This document shows positions 1 through 13,223 of a DNA stretch of 64,000 nt, piece by piece. Both the position numbers and the translations under genes were made by a program. Below the pieces are notes generated by a model, which worked only from the letters and a program-made list of their open reading frames with translations, ran no database searches and was not told the DNA's origin. The stretch comes from Felis catus (Eukaryota). The stretch covers positions 211,422,001 through 211,486,000 of the forward strand of contig NC_058368.1 in assembly GCF_018350175.1 (NCBI RefSeq), given 5' to 3'. How positions within the stretch are numbered: position 1 is the stretch's first letter; every line of letters begins with the position of its first letter.

Positions 1-219
1 TGTGTGTGTGCCTATGTGGTTAGAGAGTTTTTGTTTCAAAAGTACTTTAAATGTAGTCGTTATCGCTTAAAAATTTACTTTTAATGTTGTCTTTTATTCC
101 AAACATAATAGATGTTTATGGAGTCAGTCTAGAAAATGCAATAGAAGCAAAAAAAAAAAAAAAGAAAGAAATGAAAATTATCTCCACACACACTACTCAG
201 AAGCAGGCACCATTAACAT

Positions 220-2168
220 TTTTTACCACTGTATTAAGGTATAATTGGCATACCACACCTTCAACCATTGTAATTACCCAGTCTGATGAACTTTTAGTAA
301 ACTTATAATTATATAATCATGATTGAAATCAGTTTTAGAACATATCCATCACCCCCAAAATATTTTCTTCATGGCTGGCTGCAGTCAATGCCTGCTCTCA
401 TCCCCTCTCAGACAGTCACTGATCTTCATTCTATCTTTATGTTTTTGCCTCTTCCAGAAATTTCATATAAGTGTATTCATACAACACATGTAGTCTTTTG
501 TGATTCTTTCATGCATCATGCGGTCTTTGAGGTTCATCTATGTTCCTGCATGAATTAGTACTTCGTTCCTCCTTCTGCCGAGTACTTTTCCATTGTGTGG
601 ATATACACTACATTTTGTTTACTCATTCCCAAGGTGATGACTATTTGCATTTGTGTGTATAGTCTATTATACCTATCCACATGTCAGTTCCAATTCTCTT
701 CATTCTTTTCTGTGGATTTGTGTTACTGTATGCTGTCATTTTCTTTCAGCCTAAGGGCTTCCTTTAGTATTTATTTTAGGGCAAGACTGCTACCAACGAT
801 CCTGTTTATCAGGGAATGCCTATCTCACCTTCATTTTCAAAGGGAGGTTTTCCTGGATATACAATTCTTAGCTGAATTGTATTGCAACACTTTGAATATG
901 TTTTTCCACTACCTTCAAGCCTCCCTTATTCTGATGAAAAAGCAGTCATCAATCATATTGTTTCCCTGTATGGAGCTATTTTTCCACTGTTGCTTTTAAG
1001 ATTTTCTTTTTGTCATTCAGAAATCTGATTGTAGGTCTAGTTGTGGTTCTCTTTGTGTTTATCTTACTTGGCATTGAGAATTTTGGATCTGTAGATACAT
1101 TTTCATCATGCGTGGGAAGTTTGGGGCCAATATTTCTTTAGATAGTTTGCTCCTCATTCTGTCTCCTCCTCTTCTGGTGCTCCTAGTACATATATATTGG
1201 TACACCAGCTGTTGTTCCACAGATCTCTTATGCTTTGTTCGTTTTTCTTCAATGCCTTTTTTGTCTGCTGTTTGGATTGGACAATTTCTAGTGATATATC
1301 TTTGAGTTATCTTATTCTGTTCTCCACCACCTCAAATCTGATGTGGAGACCATTTAATGACTCTTTCATTCAATTACTGTAATATACAGTAGAATATACA
1401 CTGTAACATACAGTGTAATATACTCTAGAATTTCCATTTGGTTGCTTTTTTTCTTAGTTTACTTATTTATTTTTTTACAAGAGAACAAATCTACACTTTT
1501 ATTCATTTACTTTTAAGTTAGTTTAAATCCTTGAGGGGTATAGCATCACACAGATTCTGTGGCCAATGGCTTTAGCAGGAAGGTTGCTTCAGAATTTGGC
1601 TTGGACCATGCCACTGTTTCCATGAGTACAAGTTACTTTTCCCCAGATCACTCTGGTTTTGTTCAGTTTGCCACGAGGGGTCACTGTGTTGTTCTTTGCT
1701 CTGTACACATAAGCACATCTCTTGCCTAGATAGAATTCAGTTTCATCTCAAGCAGAAACACCTTCAATTTTAAGAAGAGATGTGTGCTCCCTCTGGTTCC
1801 AGAAACTCCACTTACAGCCAGCAAAAATGGCTTTGGACCACAGCCTTCCAGACATATTTGTCATTTTAGGAGTCCTGTTCCCAGCAGGCCTCCATAGGTT
1901 CCAAGATGGCAGAAGGAGAAAAGCGAGCTCTTAAATAGTTTATATTTCTCTATTAATAGTTCCTATTTGCTAGGTAATTTTCATTGTATTTTAATTCTTT
2001 TAACAGTTTCCTTTAATTCTTTGAACATATTTATGATAGCTGCTTTGAAGTCTTCTAAACCCAATATCTAACCCACTTAGAGTCAATTTCTATTGACGGC
2101 TCTTTTTCTGAGTATAAGCTATGGGTTGTTTCTTTGTATGTTTCTTTTGCTGAAAACTGTACATTTTA
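220..2168 (-). mobile_element. Old L1 (L1M-type) fragments, interrupted by the RPL35A retrocopy
   Basis: T-rich antisense L1 3'-end-like text (220-640) and ORF1-region-like text; boundaries approximate. Confidence 0.6.
1446..1925 (-). pseudogene. RPL35A: RPL35A processed pseudogene (CDS remnant 1855->1523)
   Basis: Intronless [13 protein letters not shown]...MLYPSRI*, 333 nt with no frameshift but TGA at codons 36 and 89; 5' pyrimidine (TOP-like) leader, AATAAA (1498-1503) and a decayed poly(A) tail. Confidence 0.95.
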
Positions 2169-2381
2169 CTTTTTTATGTTTTTATTAATTTATTTTTGAG
2201 AGAGAGAGAGACAGAGTGTGAATGGGGCAGGAGCAGAGAGGGAGGGAGACACAGAATCTGAAGGAGGCTCCAGGTTCCAAGCTGTCAGCACAGAGCCCAA
2301 CATGGGGCTCAAACCCATGAAGTGCCAGATCATGACCTGAGCCAAGGTTGGACACTCAACTGACTGAGTTGAGTCACCCCC
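2169..2381 (-). mobile_element. CAN-SINE (SINEC, felid type)
   Basis: tRNA-derived head, (CT)n, A tail; TSD aaaa(c/t)tg(t/c)acatttta. Confidence 0.9.
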
Positions 2382-2397
2382 AAAATTGCACATTTTA

Positions 2398-2610
2398 TTT
2401 TATTTATTTAAAAATTTTTAATGTTTATTTTTGAGAGAGAGAGAGAGATTGAATCAAGGGAGAAGAAAGAGGGAGACACAGAATCTGAAGCAGACTCCAG
2501 GCTCTGAGCTGACAGCACAGAGCCTGACACGGGACTCAAATTTACAAACCACGAGGTCATGACCTGAGCCAAAGTTGGATGTTCAACTGACTGAGCCACC
2601 CAGGCAGCCC
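2398..2610 (-). mobile_element. CAN-SINE (SINEC_Fc type)
   Basis: Full head/CT/tail; same TSD sequence as its neighbour. Confidence 0.9.
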
Positions 2611-2689
2611 AAAACTGTACATTTTAGATATTATATAGTAGCAACAACAGACTGATATATTTTTGTGGGTTTTTATTTTGTTTTATTCT

Positions 2690-2821
2690 TTTTCTTTTTT
2701 TTAAGTAGGCTCCACACCCAGCATGGAGCCCAATGTGGGGGTTGAACTCACAACCCTAAGATCAAGACCTAAGCTGAGATCAAGTCAAGATACTTAACCG
2801 ACTGAGTCACCCAAGTGCCCC
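2690..2821 (-). mobile_element. Short/older CAN-SINE
   Basis: GGGGCAC..GGGTG head with a short body and no long CT tract. Confidence 0.75.
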
Positions 2822-3018
2822 TGCTTGTTTTGTTTTAGTGAATTGCCTAGACTCAAATGGCAGAATCTGTCTCATCTATGGTGTCTGAATGCTACTGTCT
2901 TTGCTTAGGTGTTTGATTTCTTTAAAATAGACTTTATTCTTTAAGGCAGCTTTACATTCTCAGAAAAACTAAGTGGAAGGTACAGAGATTTTCATATAAC
3001 TTGCCCACATATGGCATT

Positions 3019-3400
3019 TGGGATGGTTAATTTTCAGTGTCAACTAGACTGGGCTAAGGGATGTCCCGATAACTGATAAAACAATTTCTGGGTGTCTCTG
3101 TAAAGGTGTTTCTGGAAGAGATAGACAACTGAATCAGTATACTGAGCAAAGAAGATCTGTCCTCACCAAGTTCACACACACACACACGTGCACACACACA
3201 CACACGCACACACACACACACACAAAATGCAAAGAAAGGATGAATTTTCTCTCACTCTTTTCTTGGGCTGGAAATCCATCTTCTTCTGCCCTCAAACATT
3301 GGAACTCCTGGTTCTTGGGCCTTTGGATTCTGAGACATATTATACCAGGGGTCCCCTCACTCCTGTTGGCTATATTTCTCTGGAAAACCCTGATTAACCA
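3019..3400 (+). mobile_element. MLT2-type (ERVL) LTR with internal (CA)n
   Basis: Starts TGGGATGGTTAATTTT..TGTCAACTAGACTGGGCTAAGGGATG and ends CTCTGGAAAACCCTGATTAA, both typical of MLT2. Confidence 0.75.
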
Positions 3401-3965
3401 GGAATGAGCCCAAGAATAAGGACGTTTACTTGCCAAAGCCATGGCTGAGTGCCCAATCTTCAGCGACAGCAGCACTGAGCCTCTAATATGGCACCATTAT
3501 GTACGGTGACTAGCCAGCTTCCTGGTAGCAAGTTGATTACCCCGAACCATTTTCTTCATGGAAAGGGCAGCATTTTGTCCTTAACTGGAATATATTTCTA
3601 CTCTGGATATAAATTTGCCTTCCCTGCATGCAATGATTCTACCAAAACTACCACCCATAAACTTAGAATGCCTCATCCATCATCATGGTATTCCACACAA
3701 CATTGCTTTGGATCAAGGAACTCACTTCACAGCAAAAGAAGGGCCATAATGGACCCATGCTCAAGAAATTCACTGGTCTTACCATGTTCCCCACCATACT
3801 GAAGCAGCCAGCTTGATAGAATGGTGGTATAGTCTTTTGAAGACAGTTACAGTGCCAGCTAGGGGGCAATACTTTGCAAGACTCGAGTTCTCCCAAAGGC
3901 TGTGTATACTCTGAATCAGCATCCAATATATGGTGCTATTTCTCCAATAGCCAGGATTCACAGGA
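3401..3965 (+). mobile_element. ERVL internal integrase fragment (degenerate)
   Basis: ORF 3488..3802 contains LTGIYFYSGYKFAFPAC, resembling ERVL IN LTGIDTYSGYGFAFPA; GATCAAGGAACTCACTTC encodes DQGTHF in another frame. Confidence 0.75.
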
Positions 3966-4584
3966 TAAAAACAATAATAATAAAGGTAGAGGAAGGGTGA
4001 ATTCTCTCCCACTCATCCTGAGCTAGGAAGTCTACCTCCTGCCTTTGGACATCACATAATGGTTTTAGATTCCCAGCCTGATCATTCGAATATCCCTACT
4101 ATATCTCAGTCTGGTTCTGATGCTTGCTGTGTTTCTTGAAACTGTGTGGGTTTGTTTGTTTTTGTTTTATTTTGTTTTTTGTTTTTGCTTTTTACTAAGC
4201 CTTGAAGTTTTCTTGATAGGTGGACATGATGTACTGGGTAAAAGAAAATGCTCTAAATAGGCCACTAGCTACATGGTGGGAAGATGTGGGCTTTGAGGGG
4301 AAGGCATTCTATCATCCTAGGTTAGGTCTCGGTCTTTTAGTGAGCCTGTGCCCCTGGACTGTGAACTTCGCAAGTGCTTCTCAGCCCCTTTCTCCCTTAG
4401 AGGGGAAGGGATAGCGAGAGTGGGCTAAAGTTGGGTATTTCCTTCCCTTTGGGTTGGTTAGGTTCTGAAACAGCAACAACAACAACAACAACAACAACAA
4501 TAGTTTAGGCTCTGGTAAAATAATTTCTCTTGAGGACAGGCCTTGTTTAGTAGAAAGCTCTGGCATATTTTTTAAAGGATTTTT

Positions 4585-4789
4585 TCTTTTAAGTTTATTT
4601 ATTTTGAGAAAGTGTGAGCGGGGGAGAGGCAGAGAGAGAGGGAAAGAGGGAGAATCCCAAGCAGGCTCTGCACTGTCAGCACAGAGCCCGATGAGGGGCT
4701 CAAACCCACAAACTGAACTGTGAGATCATGAGAATGATCTGAGCCAAAGTCAGCCACTGACCTCACCAATTGAGCCATCCAGGGGCCCC
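4585..4789 (-). mobile_element. CAN-SINE
   Basis: SINEC head/CT/tail. Confidence 0.85.
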
Positions 4790-5282
4790 AGCTCTGGAAT
4801 ATTTTAGCTGGCTATTTTTCCCCCTCTCTCTCTCCTGGCAGCAAGGGGGCATTTTTCTCCAATATTCACTTTGAGAACCTGGTCAAGCTCCTGGAGGTAA
4901 ATCTCACAAGAGTGTGGAGACCACCCCCCCACTCCCCCCCCCCCCCCGCCCCCGTCACTGGGTACTTGGAATTTTTAACTCTCAGTCTTATCCACACTGA
5001 GCTTCCAGAAATTTATCAGTTATAGTTCAGGTATTCCTACCCAGTACTTGTTCCTGTAGAGACAGGTACCTGCTCAGGCAAATTGTGATTCTCTGTATTT
5101 ATTTGTCTCTCCAATTTCAGGGGCATCAGTTTGCCCTGTGACCTCACTTCCCTGACAGATCTAAGAAGAGCTGTTGATTTTCCAGTTTGTTCAGCTTTTT
5201 ACTTGTTGTTAGGATGGAGTGACCACCTCCAAGCCCCTATATGCCAGACTAGAAATCTAAAATCTTTGTGTTTAATGCTTAT

Positions 5283-5481
5283 TTTTTTTTGTAAATGTTT
5301 TATTTATTTGATGAGAGCATGCCAGCGGGAGAGAAAGAGTGGGGGACAGAAGATCTGAAGCAGGCTCTGCGCTGACAGGCTAACAGCATCGAGCCTGATG
5401 CGGGGCTCGAACTCACGGACTGTGAGATCGTGACCTGAGCTGAAGTCAGATGCTCAATTGACTGAGCCACCCAGGTGCCCC
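5283..5481 (-). mobile_element. CAN-SINE
   Basis: SINEC head/tail; short TSD taatg(c/a)ttat. Confidence 0.85.
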
Positions 5482-7039
5482 TAATGATTATCCTTTAAAA
5501 ATTTGGTCTGGATTCCTGGGGTTACCCCTGTGTCTGCATAGCTTAGTGCTGACCCAAGTGACTGACTTGAAAAGAGGTTGTGCTCAAAAACCTTTACGAT
5601 GTATGACTTCTATCCTCTGTTGGTTGATTGATCTGTATGTAGATCAGGGTGTGCATTCAAAGCTCTGCCACATTTCAAGTCTTCTTTGGTTGTTATTTGC
5701 CATATCTCCCCTACACATGTGAATAGTTTCCCAGTTGGCAAGGGATGTTGGGAGAGCTTCTCCGGCCTTTTCTTGGCTCTCATTTCCAGGTTCTTCCTGC
5801 TAAGATTTCTGATGGGCTTCTAATGCCTCCAAACCAGGACAGCAACTTTAGGCTACCAGGTATGAAGGCGTTCCCTCCTTGCATTTCTTCTGAGTTTGCC
5901 ACTTTTATCTGATGAATCAGTGTGGAGGGGGGGTTGCCCCTTGCTCCAAATGGAGTCCAAAGCCTCTGCCACAAAGTTGCTGTTCTCTTGGGGAGCCCCT
6001 GCTGATCAAATGGCTGTATTCTCACTGTCTGAGCTGGTGCTGTGGGTGGATGGGAGCGGCCTCAGGCACAAAGACAAGAAGACTCTCTTTACCCAAAGCT
6101 CTAGCAGTTTTGCAAGAATGCTTTCCAATTTGTTGTCTGCTTATTTATTGCCAGTGTCCTCAAATGGTTATTTTTGGAACATCTTAATTTTATGTGTGTA
6201 TGTGTGTGTTGATTCACAGATCTCTTCACAAAGGCATAGCCAGAAGTCTCTACCTGTTTACATTTTGATGTACATTTTGATGCGGTCTTAGTTACTTTGC
6301 AGTTCATTTTTCATGTATATATACATATGTGTGTGTGACTATAAACAATAGTATTTTTATGTCCTAAAAATGCAAGGTATTTTTTCCTTAATATTCTTTT
6401 TAACTTTCTTTTTAATTATAAAGTCTAATCCTTTTACAGACTACAGAATTCCGTGCAATTAATATATCAAATATTCTGTTCACTAATTGATAAACATTTA
6501 GGTTGTTTCCAATTTTTTTACAATTATAGCTGAGTGCCACAGTAAACATCCTTCTACATGTTTCCTTTTGGTTTTACTAGGTCTTATCAAGTTATTTTCC
6601 AAATTTCTTATCACTCCTTCCATCTATGAGTGAGCAGAACTGTTTTTCCACAATCTGGCAAATACTAGATATTTTCATATTTAAAAAATTTTTACATAGG
6701 ATAGGTGAAAACTGATTTTAAAGGTATGTATAGTTTTAAGATGTGTAACATTCTGCCAAATTATCTTTCAGAGATTTTGTGTCAAATTGCTCTCATCAAT
6801 CCTAAATGTTATCATTTCTTTTAAATGTTCACATTCTGATGGAAACTTGGTATCCTTGCTGTTTTATATTGATTCATTATTACTAAGATTGAACCTTTTT
6901 TGTGATTATTGGCCATTTGTTTTCTTTATGTAATGTTTGGTATTATTTTTCTCCCTATTTTTCTATTGTAAAGTAAATGTAAATTTTAGCTCCTACGTGT
7001 AGGACAATGATCTATGTTGAATGTGTATGTTACGCAAGT

Positions 7040-8700
7040 GAGTTTTTTCTCTTTTTTCTTCTGGCATGTGAATACCATTGTTCCAATTGTTCCAATACCA
7101 TTTGTTGAAAAGACTATTCTTTCCACATTGAATTGCCTTAGCACCTTTGTCAAAAATTAATTGGTCATATTTACACAGGTCTGTTTCTGGACTCTCTTTT
7201 GTGTGCCAGTGACTCTGATCTCTGTCCCTTCACCAATACGAAACTCTCTTGATTACTGTTGCTTTTATTTATTTATTTATTTATTTATTTATTAAAAAAA
7301 TTTTTTTTAACATTTATTTAATTTTGAGACAGAGAGAGACAGAGCATGAACGGGGGAGGGTCAGAGAGAAAGGGAGACACAGAATCTGAAACAGGCTCCA
7401 GGCTCTGAGCGGTCAGCACAGAGCCCGATGCAGGGCTTGAACTCATGGACCGCGAGATCATGACCTGAGCTGAAGTCGGACGCTTAACCGACTGAGCCAC
7501 CCAGGCGCCCCACTGTTGCTTTTATAGTAAATCTTAAATCAGGTAGTATGATTCCTCCAATTTTATTAGTTTTCAAAACTGTTTCAGCTATTCTAACTTC
7601 TTTGCATTTCTGTATAAATTTTTGAATCAGCTTGTCTATATTTACAAAAATTCCTGCTGGGATCCTGGATTGATAATTTGTGTTAAATCCATACATCAAT
7701 TTCTATAGAAGTGACAGCTTTACTAGACATCTTCCAATCTAAGAATACATTATGTTCTCCATTTATTTAGATCATCTCTGATTTCTTTGATCAGAATTTG
7801 TAGTTTTTAGCATACAGATACTGTACATGTTTTGTTAGATTTATACCTAAGTGTTTCATTTGGGAGGAGGGGCTATTGTAAGTAATATTTCCAAACATTT
7901 CAGTTTCCAGTTGTGAATTGCTAATATATAGAAATATGACTGGGTTTTGTGGTTGACTTTATATCCTGTGATCTTGCTAAGCTTAAACTCACTTACTAGT
8001 TCTAAGAGTTTTGCAGATTTCTTGGAATTTTCAGCAGAAACAGCTGCATTGCTGCAAATGAGGACCATTTTATTTCTTTTAGGCTGTATGTCTTTTTCTT
8101 GCCTACTGCACTAGCTAGGACTTCCAGTACTATGTTGAATAAGCTTAGTGAGAATGAACATCCTTGCCTTATTGCTGATCTTAAGAGCAAAGCAGTCTTT
8201 CACCATGAAGCATGATGTTAGCTATGGGTTTTCTGTACATGTCTTTTATCAGATTGAGAAAGTTCCCCTTCCACTGTGAATGGATGCAGAATTTTTCACA
8301 TGCTTCTTCTGCATCAGTTGATAAGATTACATACTTTTCCTCTTTGGATTGTTAATATGGTAGAGAACATTCATTCAGGTTTAAACACTGAACCAGGCTG
8401 ACACTCTCAAGAAAAAAGCTTCCCTTGGTCATGGTGTATTATTCTTTTTTATACATTGCTATGTATTTTCTTGAGAATTTTTTGGGTTTATGTGTATGAA
8501 AGGTATTGTTCTGTAGTTTTGTTTTGTTTTTTTTCTTGTAAGGTCTTTACCCAGATTTGGTGTCAGGGTAATGCAAGCCTCATAAAATGAGTTGGGAAAT
8601 TTTCCCTCCTCTTCAATTTTCTGGAGAAGATTATGCAGGATGGGTGTTAATACTTTATTAGGTAGAATTATCCAGTGGAATCATCTGGATGTTGATGTAT
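7040..8700 (-). mobile_element. L1 ORF2 (RT region) fragment, degenerate
   Basis: ORF 8002..8190 IRQGCSFSLSLFNIVLEVLA is the L1 RT motif; ORFs 7856 and 7484 continue ORF2-like sequence. Confidence 0.85.
7269..7511 (-). mobile_element. SINEC_Fc inserted in the L1
   Basis: Perfect 14-bp TSD actgttgcttttat (7255-7268 / 7512-7525). Confidence 0.93.
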
Positions 8701-10191
8701 CTTTCTCACAAATTCTTTTTTTTTTCAATAATTAAGGGCTTATTCAAATTATCTGTTCATCTGGGATTACACTGTTTTTTATTTATGGTACTTTGTGACA
8801 GACACAGGTTTTAGATCTTTTTATAATTAAATCTATCAATCTCTTCTGGTATATCTTTGTGTGCTCAGAAAGTTCTTATTTCCTTAAATTATTAATTTTA
8901 GGAGTTTTGATTGTAGTGCTGTATTTCCTTCAGGATAATTCATATTTTCAGTTGTGATCAGTCAGATGTGATCCATCTAGAATTTAGTGAATGATAGGTG
9001 AAGATCCAAATCTTTACAGGTAAAATTTAGTATACAAGAAAAGAATAAGGTGGCCTTAGAATGTCCCAACCCAGAAGCATAGAAGTTTCTCACTTGAACA
9101 AAATGTTTACATATTCACAAATACATTAAATGTGTTATAACCATGAAGACTATTTTTAAAAAATCAGATGTAGAGATGGAGTACAAATACTCTGAGTATA
9201 CACAAGAAAACTTTTTAAAGAAGATGATTAGCTAGGAAACAGAATCAGGAAGTCTTCAATGAACATTCATACTAAAGGAAACAGTAATCAAAATATGAAA
9301 ATAACTTCTGAAAACTGAACAAAATTATTTAATGACTTGGGAAAATAGAAGTGTGGAGAAAAGTAGGATGCAAAACTTTCCCTGTGATTCATTCCCTCTC
9401 TCTCTCACTCTTCCTCTCTCTTTTTCACAAAAGACTGAAAAATAATGTACACCTAAATGGATTCCTTTTATGAGCAGAGATAATCAACATTTTAAAATGT
9501 TTAAATCATATTTTTCACAAATCTCAAATTCCTCCGGATGGACCATCGAATCCATTAGTGTCCGTTAATCTGACCCAGTCAGCTGAGCACGGCACACAGT
9601 CCTTTCTCATCCGTTCTTTTGTGTCTCTCCTGAAGCTACTCACTTTCCAAAGGATGACCTTGTCTGAGAAAGGACTACTGTTGAATTCATCACCTGGCTT
9701 TCTTCCAGAAGCCCCAATACCTCACTTTTGAATATAGTCATAAAAATTCTAGCTGCTACAAGCCTTCTCTCTTGACAGCCAGAGGAAAAGAGTCAAGGAG
9801 GTTGAGAATGGAGGAGGAAGAAAGAAGGAGCCAATGTTTTTGTCTTTTATCACTGGATTTCCTCATCAACCAATACCTCACAGCTCACATTCATAGCGTG
9901 TATGATCTCTACTCTTTATGCAGGTGAGTTCTGCTGAGATTCTAAGGGAATAAAGGAAGTAGAAACCAGATGGTTTTATTGGTTTTGATGTTCCAACTAA
10001 TCTGTGGAGATATTATTGTGCCTAAATTCACGTGTAAATGCTTTTGTACAAAATGGCTTCCAGTCTAATTTTTCCATCACAGTCATGAATAGCTAATTAC
10101 AACCTGTTCACATCGCTAGATAGACCATTGCCAGTGAGCTTCCTCCCACCATGGGAAATGGTGACAACTGCAAGCTACCTCTTCTACTTAC

Positions 10192-10300
10192 CCCTGTGTT
10201 GGGCCTCTCCAGACAGGGCATGAGCCTTGGCTAGTAACGCACTTGCCTCTGCAGTTTGGGGGCTGACGTCAGTGAACAAAGAAACACAGAGAGAATAGGC
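10192..10300 (-). CDS. TTC23L: TTC23L exon ([36 protein letters not shown]); downstream exons not found in the window
   Basis: attccag|GCC...AGG G|gtaagt; 109 nt, phase 0->1. Confidence 0.93.
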
Positions 10301-12234
10301 CTGGAATAGAGAAAATCATTATCAAGAGTACCCAAATGACAGTATTTCAGAGGATTTTCTAATAGCTCTCATGAAATTGCTAGTTGAGAGCTGTGGATAT
10401 CTAATCATGGAGTTATAAGAGAGGTGAGTTTGAGTCCCAGCTATTTCCTGTGAGTCTTGAGCAAGTAACTTCACCTTCACATGTAAAAGAAATATATAGT
10501 TTCCATCAATTGTGGTTTGGAAAATATTAATGAGATGGTTACATGCAAAGCACACATAATACCATCACATGGTAAGTTCTCAATAAATATTAGCCACTAT
10601 GATGTCTTATTAGGTGTCATGGCAAAACTAAAATCACAACTTTAGCTAAGCTTCTCAAAGGTTCGTTATCAAAGGAAGTTCAGGAGAGTTAAGTATGGAC
10701 CCTAAAACCATACTGCCTGGGTTCCTATCCCAGCTCAGCCACTGATGACTCAGGCAAGTCACAAACTTCTTCAAATATAAAACCGGAATGACAAAAATGA
10801 CTGTTACAAGCAGTTGCTGTAAAGATTAAATGAATTAATACGTGTAAAGTGTTTAGGATACCACCTGGAATGTCCTAAGCATGACAGAAGTGGAGATTTT
10901 ATTACTATTATCATTCGTACTAAAGTGGAAGGAGAAAGAAGAGAGAAACCCCTGGCCCACACCCACCAGAAAGAAAAAAGCCCCCTTCCCCCGTGCCTCA
11001 TAGTTCACACGGGTCAGACACTGTGAGGTATCTCAAGGAGCCCCAGAGATTTCAGACAACACTATGGAGCTAAGGTAGAGTTCAGAGCTGGTATGTGTGC
11101 GGGCTCTGAGGACTCAAATTCTCTAAGTTCAAATCCCTGCTCTCCTACTTGTTAGCGACACAACTTCAGCTGAATTAGCTGTAACTCTTTAAGCTTCCGA
11201 TTCCTCATCCTTAAAATGAGATCAAATCATAATAATGCCTCCACTTCATAGGCGTATTGCATGGATTAAATGAGTATACCCTCAAGGGCACATAGTAAAA
11301 GCAGCCCATAAATGTTAACTATTTGTGTTGCTGTTGGGAAACACTGACTATATCTTGTTTTGGCAATCCTGATCTGACCGCCGCTGCACAGTCTTGGACA
11401 CAAGAAGCTGATGGCTTGCTCTGTAAACTGGACTCCCTGCCTTCAGACCAACATCCCCTAACATTTCTCCACGGTGTGATTACCTGCAATGCATTTTCTA
11501 CAGTATCAGACTGTTTTCACATATACCATTGAATTGCATTGCACGGTTTCTATGATACAGGAAATCTAATCCACTTTTGGCTTCCGGAGGTACCAGAAGC
11601 CACAAACAGGTTCTTATTTGAGGAGAGAAAAGGCGAATTTAATAAGTTTCAAGGGAAGTTTCAAGTACAGGATGCATCAAAAAGCCCCACACTGTTTTCA
11701 TTATAATGACTCAACATTCCTTCCTATTTTGTTTTGTTTTCCCCTGGGCATTTGTCAAATTAGTTACCTCCAAGTGAAATACTCTTTTGTCGGTTTAAAT
11801 TTAGACTTGTTGATACAACCAGCTGGGCTAGCCTAGAGGACAAATGACAGCATCACACCAAAATATCATGATTTTTTTTTTTTCATTTTAAAAAAGCCCT
11901 TTGTGTTTGCTAAAGCCTTAAGTTTGGTTGCCCCTACGGCTTTTGTCCCTGGAGCAGACTCACTTGCTTACCTCTTCCCAGCACCCACAGAGATGAGGGG
12001 AAGCCTGGGAGGGGAAATTTGGTCCCAGATCAGGTCAAACAGCAGATACACTCATCCTGAGTCCGGATTCTCTGCCCATGTTGTTTAAGGTTGAGTAAGG
12101 GCTCTTGTGTGGATCTGGCGGGAAATCCACCCCACCCCCTAGTTCTTCTGAGAAGCCCAAGCTTCCCTGGTCCTGGGAACGGGGCATGGGGCCAAAGAAG
12201 GCCAGTAGGCTGGTGCTCCAGCCAACTCACCAAC

Positions 12235-12412
12235 CTGCTGCAAGTACTGGATGGCCTGATCATGGTTCCTCCTCAGCTGCTCGATCTGCGCGATCTCCTC
12301 GTACAGACTGACCAGATCTGATGTCCTATCACCCTTAGCAGCAATAACATTGCCAATTGCCTTTTCAAAGTATGCCAGAGCAAGGTTCAATCTGTGGACG
12401 GCCAAGGAGGCT
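12235..12412 (-). CDS. TTC23L: TTC23L TPR exon ([59 protein letters not shown])
   Basis: tcttatag|A GCC...CAG|gttggt; 178 nt, phase 2->0; inside ORF 12139..12438. Confidence 0.94.
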
Positions 12413-13002
12413 CTATAAGAAGAGGGACAAAGATGCAAAGTCAGAGGGTCCCCTTACTTTGCAGACACAAAAGGAACTGATTCTAAGAATGAAACGATTT
12501 GGCCTTTAGAGGCCAATTATCTGAGTGGGTGACTAAAATCCAGTCTTGCTATAAACAAACTCCCATTAACCTGCATTTTACCCACCAGATTCCACTGACT
12601 GATATTCACTCCCATTAATACAGCATGCTATAGTCTAATTTTATAAAAAAGCATAAAATGGCTTCCAGCAGTTCACAAGATGGGTTATTTACCCGTAAAC
12701 ACAGACTTTCTAGAATCAGAATAAAATTTTATTCTGACTCCCTCTCTTTCAGACCAATACAAAGCCATTGCTTTGTCTTGTTTGATTTAGTTTATTCCTC
12801 CTCAGTTAAAAATGAGGATAGAGAAAACAATGTAAATATTCCTTCCAAAAGACAGTGGTTCAATAAATTATGGCACATCATATAATAAAATACTTCAGGC
12901 TTTAAAAACCATGCTTCCGTTTTGAACTAAATAATATGAGGAGAAATTAAAAGTGTGGCAAATTTTAAAAAGTGATAAGACTACTTCAAATTGACCCTGA
13001 CA

Positions 13003-13223
13003 GGGGCGCCTGGGTGGCTCAGTCAGTTAAGTGGCCGACTTCGGCTCAGGTCATGATCTCTCGGTCCGTGAGTTTGAGCCCCACATCGGGCTCTGTGCTG
13101 ACAGCTCAGAGCCTGGAGCCTGTTTCAGATTCTGTGTCGCCCTCTCTCTGACCCTCCCCTGTTCATGCTCTGTCTCTCCCTGTCTCAAAAATTAATTAAA
13201 AAAAAAACGTTAAAAAAAAAATA
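13003..13223 (+). mobile_element. SINEC_Fc
   Basis: Perfect 15-bp TSD aaattgaccctgaca. Confidence 0.93.

Noticed and set aside
9643..9693. Possible extra TTC23L exon ending AAA|GTGAGT
   Set aside because: The upstream AG has no pyrimidine tract, and the translation does not resemble the expected TTC23L continuation (DAVEIYF...)
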